Of a stretch of 64,000 nucleotides of DNA, positions 1 through 14,097 are shown piece after piece (position 1 is the stretch's first letter; every line of letters begins with the position of its first letter). Both the position numbers and the translations under genes were made by a program. This DNA comes from Eledone cirrhosa (Eukaryota): NCBI GenBank assembly GCA_964016885.1, contig OZ024740.1, forward strand, positions 84,630,001-84,694,000, written 5' to 3'. The notes beneath the pieces are model-generated. The model did not search any database. It saw nothing but the letters and a program-made list of their open reading frames with translations, and had not been told where the DNA came from.

Positions 1-87
1 TTATAAAAGAGTCCGATTTATCTATTAATTGTTTAATAAAGTCTTTGTTTCTAGGTAGAGGTATGTCTTTTAAATGTCTTTTAATAT

Positions 88-89
88 CG

Positions 90-150
<61 letters not shown>

Positions 151-209
151 GTGTGTGTGTGCATACATACACATACACATACAGACACACGCGCGCGCAC
201 ACACTCACT

Positions 210-261
<52 letters not shown>
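88..261. repeat. Compound (TA)n/(TG)n/(CA)n microsatellite
   Basis: Directly visible. The overlapping YIYI/HTHT ORFs are artefacts of the repeat. Confidence 0.95.
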
Positions 262-264
<3 letters not shown>

Positions 265-601
265 GGAAAAAATGAAACGAAATTTGATTTCCCACTCTTA
301 GTACGGCTGTTACTTAAATACAAGTATGTACACGTACATACATATATGTATACAGACGTACAGTAGTATGTATATATACATACATGCACACATACATATA
401 TATGCACGTATGGGTTCACCGAACATTTATTATAATGCTCGGTGTGTTTGTAAACAAACATCCCGTATTAAGCCGTAGTGTCTAGCAACCATCGTTGCTC
501 GTTTGTTCAACACTGACAAAGGAACGCTGTACTAGTTATATATATATATATATATATATATGGAGGAAGTTATAGTTCACTTGAAGCATTGTGTAATGAG
601 G

Positions 602-1043
602 TATAAACGTTTGTATATGTATAATAAAGCCAAAACAATGCAGGTATGGACATAGAATAAAGAATGCAAATGCAAAAGATATTGTTGACAATTAGTCTTT
701 TACCTTAGATTTATTTAAGTGTCCTTAATTTTCGAGATAATATCTCTTTTTCGGAGGGAAGTAAAGCGGTTAAACCAGTGTTCTAAATATCTTGCCAAGT
801 CATGCTGACAGGAAATGGTATAGAGTCTCTATGCCATTTCCTGTCAGCATGACTTGGAAAGCTATTTAGAACACTGGTTTAACCGCTTTACTTCCCTCCG
901 AAGAAGAGATATTATCTCGAAAATTAAGGACACTTAAATAAATCTAAGGTAAAAGACTAATTGTCAACAATATCTTTTGCATTTGCATTCTTTATTCTAT
1001 GTCCATACCTGTATTTTTTTGGCTTTATTATACATATACAAAC

Positions 1044-1050
<7 letters not shown>
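602..1050. repeat. 449 bp near-perfect palindrome (224 bp arms, 1 nt loop at 826), near (TA)n tracts on both sides
   Basis: 602-825 is the reverse complement of 827-1050, centred on tagag-t-ctcta, with about 6 mismatches. Confidence 0.95.
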
Positions 1051-1117
<67 letters not shown>

Positions 1118-1289
1118 ATAATAATAATAAATTTGAAGACTAAAATCCAAAGAGGGCTCGATAAGGATATATGTTTATCAGATTGTTTTAATAAATATAT
1201 ATAAATATATATATACAATATATTAACAAATGGAAACTATATTTATAAAACCATATTTATTTCATTATACATATTTCAAGGGCCATATA

Positions 1290-2021
1290 TATATATATAT
1301 ATATAAAATTGTAGTTCCTTTCTGTTTGTTTGTTCACGAACTCCTCCTATGGTTTTTGAGCAAGACCCCCATAACCATATATATTCTGAAACTACATTAC
1401 CCAGGGTACTTGAATAAATATATTTCATTTTAATCAAAGGGTTCCCCGGGGGGCACAAATCCCCGCTGAAAATGTTTTCACTTCGATTTATATGAAATTT
1501 AAACCATAGGTAAATGACAAGATATGATGCGTATTCACAAAATTTCAGCAAATTTCAATAATATTAAGACACCCTAATAGGGGTTAAACCCACTATAGTG
1601 AAAATTTTGGAAGCCCATAACTTGAGTATTGGAACCTCTATTATCACGAGGTTTTTCTATTAATTAAACGTAAATCAACAAAAAAATCACTTCTCTTTTA
1701 TAGTAAAATTTGGCTAATTCAGACATTTTTTTCAGACATCCCTTATGCCACGGAAAAGAAAATCCAGTTAAGCAAATAATCCACATGCAAAAATGATGAG
1801 GCTTCGTCGTCAATCTGAAAGCTGTGATGCAAGGGAAGAACGACTTTCTAGCCAAAGACAGAGGCAAACAGAGTCTCGGAAAAATGAAACCTTTGGTGAG
1901 CATCAAGAAAGACAGATAGATTTCGCCTTATAGTTGCAAGAAGAAATGACTCTGAAGAAGAAAGACAACAGCGTTTAATTTCTGATGTGTGAAACGCAGC
2001 AAGGCGCGGGTAATTTGGCTA

Positions 2022-2022
<1 letters not shown>
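1290..2022 (+). mobile_element. Non-autonomous Helitron-like remnant in (TA)n
   Basis: 3' GC-rich hairpin-like cgcagcaaggcgcg followed by terminal CTAG (2019-2022) then T. Decayed internal ..RKNET..RRNDSEEERQQRL repeats resemble the STPR-like N-termini of Helitron proteins. Confidence 0.6.
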
Positions 2023-2083
<61 letters not shown>

Positions 2084-3599
2084 GTTTCTACTTTATCGGG
2101 TCGTCAGTGATTAAAGCGGCAATCGTAAATATCTTGGTTGATGAAGCGGAAGTAATCGGTGTAACCTTTATATCTACAACAAAGAAATAGCACGAAGATG
2201 ATGTAGTGTAGTTGGGAAAGATCACATTTATTCGGTCGACAACGCTTCTCCGTCCTACGTTGAAATGCTCTGGGATCTTAGTATTGCTGTATATTTTTGG
2301 CATTCTGAGAGCCCCTTATAAGGAGTCACTGCATCTTTAAAAAGAATGAAAAAAAGGCGTAAGTGAGGTCATACAAGACAGCACGTCGACAGACAATATA
2401 TGATGTCTGTATGTGGGTGTGCGTATGTGTCTGTGTATGTGTGGTGGGGGTACAATGAAGGGAAACGTCATTACGTTTTACTTAGTGTATTTTATTTTCT
2501 GGAAGGGAAGTTGAATCTTTCACGTGATATGAGCGTTATTATGGTTTCATAGTATTGCCAACATTTCAATTACGCCTCGCAATTGACGTCATAATTTCTC
2601 TTGCTATAGAAAATAAAGTAAACAAAGCAAAGACAAGCCAATAATACAATAAGTCGTGGATGTGGCAAATTCAATTGGAACACAAGAAAAGCTGAAGAAC
2701 AAAGGTCGGTTGAGGTAGCAGTTATATAAAAGAGAACAGTTATTGAGATGAACAAGTCTTAAGTTACATCATACAACCTTTCAACCACACATCTAGCAAG
2801 CGATACAAACTAGAGTGAAATTGTTTTAAGAAGGTGGAATAACGTTATTCCTTTTATCACGTCTTAATGTTACTGAAGTAGCAACTTTTCATTTAAACAT
2901 TGCAAATTGGCAACGAACATTCACAGAATTCTGTTTGTATTTAGTTAGTCACATAGTTTGCTCGTATTTATCTAAATGCATCAGTATCTCACTATTGATA
3001 GTTCCCTAATATAAATACAACTTTGTTTACAGTTTCAATAACTGTCTTTATAATATATTTATTTCCGTATTTTTTCCTTTTAAATCAGAACAAAGTTAAT
3101 TTCTTTCTTCTTACGAACTAAATTAAAACCTTGAAGCTCTTAATCTACAGAATGTCGAAGATATCAACATGTTTAGAGATTGTAAGACTCCTTGCTTGAA
3201 AGCTTTTACATAATGAATGCAACGTTTTGTTTTCTCTTCACTTTATCTTTAGCAAAGTCATAATGTAATTACTATATAAACACGTACACACACACACATA
3301 TACACACAAACAAACAAACAAACATAGAAAATCACACAAACTTATACACACACATATAGTCAGAAACTGACTGTCTTTAAATCGGCTCGGGTAACCAGAC
3401 AACAGGTTACTTTACTGGCAACCGAGAGCTACATGTGCGTTTTCACTACTCAGCTAAGGAGTTTTAATTTCAATCTTTGTACGGCGGCTAACTTTTTTTT
3501 TTTGCCCATTCCACTGCCCACCGGGTATTTTCCAAAAGCATGTATGGTCAGTCTGTGTCTGCATATAGCAATATGTTATGCAATATGACTATATATTAC

Positions 3600-4740
3600 A
3601 GTAGTAACAAACACAAGAGCGAGCTGTACAACAGATCTTCAGAAAAGAAGCCTTTCCCCTCATCCGTTTCAGACCTTAACTCCTTACACTCTAATGAGTC
3701 CGGACTGCAACCGTGTCATGACTCCTGTGTGCTCTTTTGCTGGCGTATACACGTACTTACTTTTTCTCCCTTTCTTTTCTATAAATCCAGTTCATTTTTT
3801 ACTGCTTCAATCAAGCTTCTCTTGCTTCGTTCTTTGTAGCTGGAATCTTCTATTGATTTCATATGCTCTTCATTTGTCATCTTCATTCCATTGCTCCTCA
3901 TGAATTTCCCAATTTTCTTCGTCATCACAGAACATTTTGTCAATCTAAATTTCATTTTAATATCCTCTTAGAAAATTCTAGCAATTTGAATTAAGCTATC
4001 CAATTGTTTATAATTTTGGACAAATGTCTAAACGTTATCCATGAACAGCAGATGGTTCAGCTTTCTCTTAGCGTGAGCAGATTTCACATTCTTCAACATC
4101 CATGAAAGAGGAATTATTGCCAACACAAATAGGAAGGGAGACATTCTATCATCTTGAAAAATTCCATTTTACATTTCCTAAGAATTTACTTCTTGCCTTT
4201 ATTTGTGTGTTCCAACCAGACATGGTTTGTTTCACTAAATTGGTCATATCAGCACAACCAGAACTGTTCATCACCTTCAAAGTCCAGCTAAGCAGCATCA
4301 TATCGTATACTTTTTATGATTTATCCATGCAACGGCCAAGTTTGTTAGTCTCCTTTTGCAATTCTTTATTACCATCTTATCAATGAGTACTTGATCTTTT
4401 GTACCTATACTACCTTTCTGGCAACCTTTTTGCTCCAGTAGTAACAAATCTTGCACTATCAAGTGGTTATATCATTCCTCCATCAAAATGGCAATTAAAA
4501 GCTTCCAGGCATGTAACAGGCCTAACGTTTGAGACAAATGATCCTTTTTTTTTTTCTTGTCTTTAACCAATAATAGAGTTCTACCAGTTGCCATCCATTT
4601 TGGTAGTTTCCCTTCTGAAAGACAGACATTAAGCTGATCTGTCATTCTGTCATGAAAGGAAGTCATGTTTTATCCAGTATCCTTGCACTCTGTATGTCCC
4701 AGCTCCCTTCCACTTAGGCATCTTACTGACCTTTTTTCTG
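3600..4740 (-). pseudogene. Decayed R4/Dong-type RT fragment
   Basis: ORF 4472..4666 (QLNVCLSEGKLPKWMATGRTLLLVKD) aligns with FNDCLVSGEVPEWLTKGTTVLIMKD of the Dong ORF at 46053. Confidence 0.8.
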
Positions 4741-4899
4741 TAGTTTGATTCGTGCATCGATCCTCTGAAATGTAGCTGCAGTTGTCACGAGACGTTTCAA
4801 TTCTTCGTGTACTATATCTAATCCTTTTTTGTTACTTATTCGCTACACATGCTCTAGTTTTGATATTATCCTTTCATTGTTACTATTATTATTTTCTCA

Positions 4900-6025
4900 A
4901 GGAAGACTGTCAGGCTGAGAATATCAAGTATTCCGCCAGGCATGAACATCTGGTGGATTGTGGGTTGCCTTGTCCTTGGAGATCCGGAAAAATTAAACTG
5001 TGATAAATTTGGAGATTCTGCTTCATATAAAGCTAGACGATATCGAAAAGATCCCAGACCAAATATAGCTACCCAACAGAGTAGACCTACGAATAAATAT
5101 AGAAGGCAAAAAACAATAATGTCATCTATGTAAATGGACAAGACATTTGAGAACATTTTGCCCACAAAAACCAGATACCACCGCTACTACCATCACCTCG
5201 GCCTCAACAAAAGCAACAACAATAACAGTATACCACAAATGCAGCAGCAACAACTACTGTGCCAGCGGCTGAAAATCCAACAAGACCAGCAGCACTAACA
5301 ACAACAATAATAGTCGTTGAATCAATTACAGCAGCAGCAGAAGCACTATAATCCCCAATAACAACAACACCAACGCCCGTGTAAGACATGCCTCTCCCTG
5401 ACATTACACAGATGGATACGAATTGTGACGAGGGTAAGGATTGACAAGCTATCTGCCACAAGAATAAAAATTTAAAAAGCTCTTTATATTCACCCTCAAA
5501 AAAGGGGTACGAGTGTGAGGAAAAGAAAAAAGCTAAAGCCTTAAAGCAACAAATGCCAACACGCACACAAACCTTACCATTGGATTACATCATTCTCAAA
5601 ACACATACACTGGCCACATACATAAAAATCATACACATTACACACGAAACATATACTACTTTAAAAACGAAATTCCCCAACGCAATTGAGGATTTCCGCA
5701 CCATATTATCAAAACGCATATACTCCAACATTCCTGTGGAGGTGCCCCCGACTAGCAGGGAGGAAGAACCACTACTCCTCCCTCTTTCCACAAGAACAGA
5801 GTAAGAAATCGTTTCTCACCTTTCCTCCTCTTTATTTAACTTGGTATTTCTCAGGATTTGGGAGTATAAATGCCCGAGTCCTGAGGTCGTCTTGGAAGCA
5901 GGGCCACCTGCTCAACGAGCTCAGGTCACCTGATATAGATGCGGTGGCCATCAGTGAGACCAGAATATCAGAGACACAAGTCTTCGCACCCATTATCGGT
6001 AGCTATGAGGTGTATGCATCTCCTG
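4900..6025 (+). mobile_element. Decayed Tx1-like LINE fragment (Tx1-D): 3' half of ORF1 and start of ORF2 APE
   Basis: THETYTTLKTKFPNAIEDFR matches the Tx1-C ORF1 end (TQKTYTTLKQKFPKDIGDFR). GSINAR..WKQGHLLNELRS..AVAISETR is an APE N-terminus. Confidence 0.85.
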
Positions 6026-7402
6026 TTCTCTTGATTGCTCTCGGAGCTGACTGATAACAAATGCCGAGTCACTTGTGTTCTTGTATAAATCAACCTTCGC
6101 ATTCTTGCAGGTTTTTCTCGGTAATGTTTAGTACTAGCCTGTTCAAGAATACACCTCTGATCAGTTTTCTTTTTATGATGAAAGTTTATTCATCGCAATT
6201 GCAATTTTTCTCTCCGTTTCTGTACATTGCAATGGCAATGGTGACAGCATCAGGCACGACTTGTAGCAATTTGTTTTGTTCCTATCGGTAGACAAAGTAT
6301 ACAGAGTTTAGTGTGCAACTCTACCTATCTCTAAATCACCTAAACTCCTGATGAGATTGCATCCTTTCTACTTTTCCAATACTCTATGTCCTTGGCGGTC
6401 TCTTCTAGACTTGGAATAGCCTTTCAGAGTAGAAGCTTTATCTGTGAAGAACGTTTGCCAATCTGTATTACGCACGGGATTCTGAATTTACTGTAAAAGA
6501 ATTATATATCACTTTCAGAGCTTCAAGAATCTCTCCATAGTCTCCGGTGTCTGCGAATAACTGAGTTCTCTTTGTGACATTGGTCCAACAGATGTTCTAA
6601 TTTTCTAATTATCTGCACTTGAGGGCGGAAGGTTATTTTCATATAAGAATGGGATGGCCGAGCAAAATGCGTCTAATGAGTAGATCTCTTTTTAATAAGC
6701 CCTGAATCTCTTCGTTTTCAACAACATAGTTGCTGCACACTACTTGAGGCAGGTGAGCACCGTTTCTTTTGTTGTTATTATTGTCCAACCGTATTTGAAT
6801 ATGCCCATTGGCCGAAGCTAGCCAATTGAAGGAAATGGAAACAAGGATAGGGTGGGCTACGTTTTCTAGGTCACGTTCCGTGTGGAGTAAATATTGTTGT
6901 TGCTAGAAAGAATTTCTATTGCATAAGATACTGTCAACCCCAGGTTAAAAATCATATGCACCGCAAAGACCTGTATGCAGTATCAGAACTTCAGTTAATG
7001 TCATATTGTACATGCCCTTTACAACTGGGGATTTTCTGCCATAACCTAAAAAACTGGAACGGTAAAAGCGAGATTCTAGGATCGTATTGCGTCAGATTGT
7101 GCTTCATCTTGAATAGTGACAGTGCAAGAAGGGCGAGCCTTATCTACCCGGATTTAGAGTCAAATTTGTTCTTTTCTTTGGCTAGCTTTCAAACACAGCT
7201 GAATTACTCAGCCTACACATCCAGTTATACCGCTAGATATACCGTATGCCATGATGTACAATAAAACGGGGGAAATGAGGTAAGGTGGTGTACATACACT
7301 TATCCCTCTACGTTCGCAAAGGCTACAAGAAAATAAGTGCAACTAGCGGCATGTGTATGCGTGTGTGAATTTAAGAGAGAGTGTGAGTGCATGTGTGTGT
7401 GT

Positions 7403-7406
<4 letters not shown>

Positions 7407-7467
<61 letters not shown>
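7407..7467. repeat. (TG)n microsatellite
   Basis: Directly visible. Confidence 0.95.
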
Positions 7468-7470
<3 letters not shown>

Positions 7471-9528
7471 GTGCGTGTGTATGTGAGTGTTAAAATGGTA
7501 AATTGAAGAGATTGAACATTGCAAGATAAGATTACTTGAGAGAAAAATAGAAATGAAATATCAAAATGGTGTGTAATATGAACTGCGAAGTAAATATTGA
7601 TTTTGAAAGTTTAACGTGGTCAAACGGACAGAAATATTAGCATTTGATCTTTACAAACAATAATGAACATATACAAAATAAGAGACTTCACGGTGGAAAC
7701 TGTTAAAATATTATATTGTATAAAGAGTGTTAGATGTGATTCGAGAAAGGTGTCTTTAACAACCAGCCCTTTCTATTTCAGTGGAAAATCATAATATAAT
7801 AATATTCTAGATAAGAAATGATACATAAATGATACATATTTGGTTTACACTAGCTGTATTACAATTAAGTAGAGGACTGGATTGTGTTGAAATCATTTTA
7901 GTGGATGTATTTATGTTATAAAGCGTAAATTACGATACAACGATTAGCTGGATGTTATATATATGCAGTAGCTAAACCAAAGTATGAAATTAGGATAGAT
8001 AAAAATAATATAAAGTATTTGTTTATTGAAATATTGGATTGTAATCAGAAACGAAAAGAGATTGTGCTGAAATAGAAACAGAATTACTGCTGTATATATT
8101 TACACATTACTGACTTCCTTAACAATTTGACGAATAAAAGTGAAGGCCATTCAATGCGCTGAAGTTGTTAATGTATAGTTATGTATAGTTATGTATAGTT
8201 ATGTTTTAGAGTTAGCTTTTAAAGAAATTAGTCCATTTCACCTACACAAATAAATAAACGTCGTTATATTATAATGTCCTTACTATCTTTATAAAATTCT
8301 AAATGCTGCTGGAAATCATTTTGTTTAACAAGAGATAATACCGTACCATGCTCTAACATATACCCACCTTTCTATCGCCCACCTTTCTATCCCATGTATT
8401 TCTTACAGTCGTTGTCATGTAATGCTTTAAGCGGAACGTTGAAAGTATCAATCTCACCGGCCATCTCTTTCGCTTACAAAATTCAGCTTCCTTAGGACTA
8501 TTACTTCATAATTAGACACCCACTTACATTATCCTGTTTGCCATTGTTCGCCACGTAGTTCGCCATACGAATGTTTTGCATAGAAATATATTATTTATAG
8601 TTATATTTTAAATGTATGTTTATGCTTTTGTTTTATTTTCCAAACATCGATATACATCTATGTGTAATTTATATTCCTCGTCAATTGTCTTAAGCATAAG
8701 CGAAAGCAAATAACTAGATGCCTCAGGATCGGTAACGAGAGATTCTGAGTTACAACTCATACACATTCTATGGAAATATTATTGTTAACTTTTATCCAAT
8801 GGTTGTAATGATTGTTGTGAAAAAACGAGAGGTGAAAATGTTTGTAATTTTACGAGAATGTTATATATCATTAAGGAATAACAACTATCGATGTGTACTG
8901 AGAAATAGTAAAAGATTGAGGCATATTTTCAAAACACTTATTTCGTATATTGTATGATTGATATATACAGATCGAGTCAGTTAATACCATAAGTAATTCC
9001 CATATGTAATTTTTGGATTCAGAATTATATCATACATTACCGTTTGACAGTGTTGTTTTTATTTTTTTATTTCTGTCCGAAACGGTGATGTTTCTCATTA
9101 TCAGTTACATTTTGAAAATTATTCAATCTTCTCCATGTCCTGGAAATTCATTGTTTCGTATGAACATAGCATGCCATATATGAAAAGAAATGTTCAATAT
9201 TATTCAATTATTTTCTTTGTATTGTTCTTAACACGTCACTCAAATGGTTTGTTTTCGCTTAAAGTTGGTTTTCCATTTGCATTTGTTGTCATTACTTAAA
9301 CAAGGTTGCATAATTAATCAATTGAATTTGTTTTCAAATATTCCGTTCATGAGTTGCGAGTTATTACTTCTATCCAAATAGTTTGTCATTTTCCGAATAT
9401 GTTATATTGTATAGTAATAGCACAACAATTTGGTATGATGTAGGAATGTAGTTTTAGTATACCCAAAACGTTTCGTTATTGGTATATTGCTTATTCTCAG
9501 AAGTAAAATTAAAGGTATTTGCTTCCGT

Positions 9529-9806
9529 CTGATAGCTTTAGTACGCATGATCGTAATGTCATGGGTTCGATTCCTGGGCTGGGTTGTGTGTTGTGTTCTT
9601 GAGCGAAACACTTCATTTAACTTTGCTCTAGTATACTCAGTTGCTGAAAATAAGTACCAGCAATAGCTGGGGGCTTAAACCTGGAATGGACTGACGTCCT
9701 ACCCAAGGGGGTGTGTCTTGTACTCTCAGTCGCTTCACGCCACGAAACCGGGATAAGCACCGGCCTGACGATTGAGACAGGATTTAGACTTAGACTGATA
9801 GCTTTA
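9529..9806 (+). mobile_element. Second tRNA-derived SINE family, 5'-truncated, with TSD ctgatagcttta
   Basis: B-box-like ggttcgattcc. The core cttgagcgaaacacttcattt is shared with 12270-12350 and 42140-42432. A 12 bp direct repeat flanks it. Confidence 0.7.
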
Positions 9807-9849
9807 AGATATTTTTCAAACTGGCCGTCTATTTTATAAACATATTAAA

Positions 9850-10041
9850 TAATTGTTTCTATTTTTGGCACAAGGCCAGCAATTACCCAGTGTATTACTG
9901 GTACTTTATTTTATCGACCCTGTAAGGATGAAAGGCAAAGTTAACCTCGGCGGGATTTGAACTCAGAATAGCAAGGGCCGTAACTCTATGCGTCAAAGCA
10001 TGGTGTCCGACCCTCTACCGATACTACCAATCCACCGCCCC
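9850..10041 (-). mobile_element. OK-like tRNA-derived SINE with 18 bp TSD ataaacatattaaataat
   Basis: A-box-like and B box (gagttcaaatcc) motifs, 3' gaaacaattatt tail; many homologues in this window. Confidence 0.9.
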
Positions 10042-11511
10042 TAATAAACATATTAAATAATGATGATATGTGAATGGTGATGATGCGAGCAGGTTCACAA
10101 TGTACATAAAACACACCTTTTAAATTCCAACCTTCATTACTTCATACTTCAGCTTAACAAAATGACGCAGAAAATAGCTACTTAAACGTCACTCTGCCAC
10201 GAGGTATTTCCATCTCTGTGAGCCCTACTCTCACTAAGCTCTTCAGTTTGGCTCACTTTGTGCTCTTTAGCGTGTGGTCTTGAAATGTGAAACCATGTAT
10301 CCTCTGTCTAACATTTCTAATCCTGACAATTACTAGCTGTTTTGCTTCATATCTAACACCACTGAGGCGATAGAATACATTTTTAAGAGTACACGGAAAA
10401 ACTGTGGATAATATCGCTCCTCTATAACGACTTAATAAAAAATAGAGTATTTTCCAGTAAAAGACATGAAAACCTGTATTTCGTTTTCTTACCTCTATTG
10501 AATATATTGCATATATCCTCTGTATAAGTGTTTGCGCATTTGTACTTGTGTGTCAGAAAAAATATATAGCATTTTAATTCCATTTTAATTCCGCTTTCGT
10601 TAAATTCGACATTCTCGAGTAAAATATATCACTTGTTACCCTCAAGCTTAATTTTTTGTTTTCTGAGGATGACAGCTGTATAATTGCACTATTTGAAAAT
10701 CATACTTATTTCATTTCCGAACTCACCTACGCTAGTGCTAACTGGAATAGTTATATAAGGCCTTTACGTATAAAATGGACGTATGGCTTCAGACATGTGT
10801 AGTCGTATGACTAACTGTTTCAGCAAACAAATAATAGAACTTGGTGGTGTTTATTGAAGATAGTATTATGGCGTTAAACGCCCGGGGGACGTCACAGTTA
10901 AAATATACTCGAAATCATACGAGCCTTTTAGAATGTTTTATGGTATTTCATTGATATTACATCATGCACAATTTCATCAAACATATACACAAATATCATC
11001 AAACATATACCCAAATGCTTCGGTAAAATTGTTCATTGATGAAGCCATTTTACGAAAACCACTACCACCTGAAATAAGGCGCAACATATGTCAAGAAAGA
11101 ATTACGCACTCGCCAAAACTTAATAGCCGATCTAAGAATACTAGGGAGCTAAAAGTCATATATTATATCCCACCATATAATATTGATAAAAATATTACTG
11201 TTACAAATATTTAGTCTTACTGATCTGTAAATATTTCCTCACATTCATATATTCCACCAGCGTGGATGATAAGTGTAATCTATTACTCCATAGAAAAGTG
11301 CTAATGCAGTGCTCATCAGTCTTGGTATATATATAGTGCCTTCTCTCTTAAACTACATGTACTTAAGGTCTCACTGTAACATTCCGTAGCTTGTTTAAAT
11401 CATTCTACATTGAAAAATATACTGGTGATCGCAAGGGATTTACCTGATAATATCAGTACAGCGACCTGGAATATATCTTTCGATAAATAATCATTTAATC
11501 GTGTCCAGAAT

Positions 11512-11735
11512 ATTATAATGGTTTCTTATATAGACACAAGACCAGCAATGTTTTGGGGGAGGGGAAAGTCGATTAAATCGACCCCAGTGCATTACTGGTA
11601 CTTTATTTTATCGACCCCGTAAGGATGAAAGGCAAAGTTAACCTCATTGGGATTTGAACTCAGATCATAAAGGGCCGTAATTATATGCTTCAAAGCATGG
11701 CGGCCGACCATCTACCGATACTGCCAGTCCGCCGC
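11512..11735 (-). mobile_element. OK-like SINE, long form
   Basis: Homologous to the other copies, with the extra gtcgattaaatcgac hairpin segment. Confidence 0.9.
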
Positions 11736-11817
11736 ATGTCCATAATATTATAATGAAACTTTAATAGAACTATGTCAAATATATTTTTCCAACAAAAGTT
11801 GTACAATGATGGAAATA

Positions 11818-11921
11818 TTGGTTTCTGATTTAGGCACAAGGTCAACAATTTTAGGGGAGAGGAAAGTCGATTAAATCGAACGCAGTGCATTACTGGTACT
11901 TTATTTTATCGACCCCTTAAG
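11818..11921 (-). mobile_element. 3' half of an OK-like SINE split by a DNA transposon (5' half at 21718-21840)
   Basis: The SINE breaks at cccttaag and resumes at 21718 with cccgtaaggatgaaaggc. Confidence 0.9.
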
Positions 11922-12269
11922 CAGTGGCGGACTGGATCTAAGAATATAGGTTGCCAGGAGATGAAGGGAGCCTACCTACATAGGGAATGTTATCATTCAA
12001 TTTTTATAATGAATATATAACATTTTCAAAGAATATATGAGTGCAAACAAAACAGTATAATCAAATTTTTGCGGGAAAATATCTTACCTTCTCCAATAAA
12101 AAATATGTATTTTGCGAAATCCAGAGATATTCAATAATGACATTTGATATTTCACAGTCACTCATTATATATAGGAACAATCGACTTTCGTCAAATCGGA
12201 CCGAGGAAACAATGTTTCCATTGGTCTTCCAATTGCTAATACTATCTATCGGTCGCAACTCCAGGTAGA

Positions 12270-12350
12270 AGGAGCAACGTGAAATAAAATGTCTTGCTCA
12301 AGGACATAACGCATCGCCCAGTCTGGGAATCGAACACACAACCTCCACGC
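12270..12350 (-). mobile_element. Fragment of the second SINE family
   Basis: Reverse complement reads ttcgattcccagactgggcgatgcgttatgtccttgagcaagacattttatttc. Confidence 0.65.
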
Positions 12351-12488
12351 CTTCATATAAACATATATATATATATATATGGGAGTGCTTGTATATATGT
12401 GTGCATATACATGCGTGTATATAAATTTATATATATCCAAACATAACATGTTTTCATTTTATACAAAAATGCCAAAGGATCTAATTGA

Positions 12489-12561
<73 letters not shown>

Positions 12562-12727
12562 AATCTACCAAAATATACGTTAGTGTCCAATCCGTATGAA
12601 GAACTCAATGTAATCCAAATATCATGAAAAGAGAAGATGTATTCAAAATTTTTTCGATGAAAATCACTGGAAAACAGAGTCAAGATAAATTAATAAAAAC
12701 AAAGAAACAGTTCCTTATATTAAAAAT

Positions 12728-12865
12728 TCATCATTTTACGATCGTTTCTAGGATATATATGTGTGTGTGTTGGTATGTATATCATATAGATCTATGTAAA
12801 AATTTTACAAACTATCAGAGGAAATATACATATCTACACATATATATGCTGTCTTCAGAAATAAT
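12728..12865 (-). ncRNA. Mirror copy of the PLE-1 hammerhead ribozyme
   Basis: Reverse complement of 16934-17073 with the same core motifs. Confidence 0.75.
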
Positions 12866-13071
12866 TGTTTCTACTTTAGGCACAAGGCCAGCAATTACCA
12901 GTGCATTACTGGTACTTTATTTTATCGACCCCGTAAGGATGAAAGGCAAAGTCAACCTCGGCGGGATTTGAACTCAGATCGTAAAGGGACGTAACTATGT
13001 TGGAAAGTATGGCGTTCGACCCTCTACCGATACTGCCAATCCACCGCCCTCTACCGATACTGCCACCCACC
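12862..13071 (-). mobile_element. OK-like SINE in the left PLE-1 arm, 18 bp TSD gctgtcttcagaaataat
   Basis: TSD at 12848-12865 and 13072-13089; the 5' end is duplicated. Confidence 0.92.
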
Positions 13072-14097
13072 GCTGTCTTCAGAAATAATGATATGTGTTT
13101 ATTGAAAAAAACCAACAAAGATTTAATATAATAGGTCTGTTTGGGAACAGGTTTTGAATTGACCAATAGAAAAGTAGTAAGGGGTCAAGTTGATAGAATA
13201 GTAGTAGTAGAAATTTAATTTAGGGGTAGAGGAATGCAGACTTAAGTTTTGAATGGAAAGAATACTTTGAATGAAAAGATTACTTTGGGGATGAAAAGAG
13301 GTCAAGCCGGTGAAAAGTACACGAACATTTTATGTTATTAAAGAATAATGCTAATGTTAAAATCGAAGGAGAATAAAAGTTTAGGGTAAATGTGTTAGTG
13401 AGAAATACCAATTTTATTTAAAACACAAGGAATTTAGATCTATAACAAGAAATTAAATTAATTTAATTGATAGGTATACTTATAGGGATAAATTTATATT
13501 AATTCATATAGATGTGATAAATGAGAGTTAGATGTTATTAAAGAATGATGTTAAAAACGAAGGAAAAATTTTGGGGGGGATAAATGTATTAGTGAGAAAT
13601 AACAAACTTATATAGACTACAAGGAATTTAGATTCATAAAAGGAACTTAAAATAGTTTATATGTATACTTATAGGTATTAATTTTAGGAAAAGAGAGCTG
13701 TAAAAGGAAAATAAAATTATGAAGTTCTCAGTAGTAAAATACTAATTATAGGTTAACTAAATTTAAAAAAACTAATTATAATAATTTGTAAAATATAAGT
13801 GTAAGGTGTATATTAATTAGGTTTATAATATTTGAAAGTTCTTCTAATTCTATGATTGCACGATATAATTAATTCTTGTCGCTTATTTAATAGGATATCC
13901 TTAGATTTCATTATTTCAAAAAGTTCCTGGGAACATAATCTACACTCATATCTGTTATTTTGATAAGGGGTGCCCTTTTTTAGCACACTCCAGGTCAGGT
14001 TGTAATCGATATTCTTTTTGCTATAATTATTAATTATTTCAGCCAAGGATGTTGTATTAGCTAATGCGGCATTTTTAAAAATAGATCAAACTTAACT

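Noticed and set aside
45-366. YIYI/HTHT/poly-E/poly-R ORFs here and at 961-1218, 31388-31673, 32991-33377, 35523-35887 and 41383-41849
   Set aside because: They are translations of microsatellites.
2081-2110. Hammerhead-like CTGACGA..GAAAC on the minus strand
   Set aside because: Stem II does not pair and the 3' half runs into (TA)n.
6030-7290. Possible decayed LTR-retrotransposon gag on the minus strand
   Set aside because: No recognisable motif, LTR pair or primer-binding site.
9850-10041. tRNA genes or CRISPR-like repeats
   Set aside because: The A/B boxes belong to SINE heads with no full cloverleaf, and there is no regularly spaced repeat-spacer array.
10660-10810. CTGAGGA followed by GAAA-like motifs
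   Set aside because: No consistent stems I and III.
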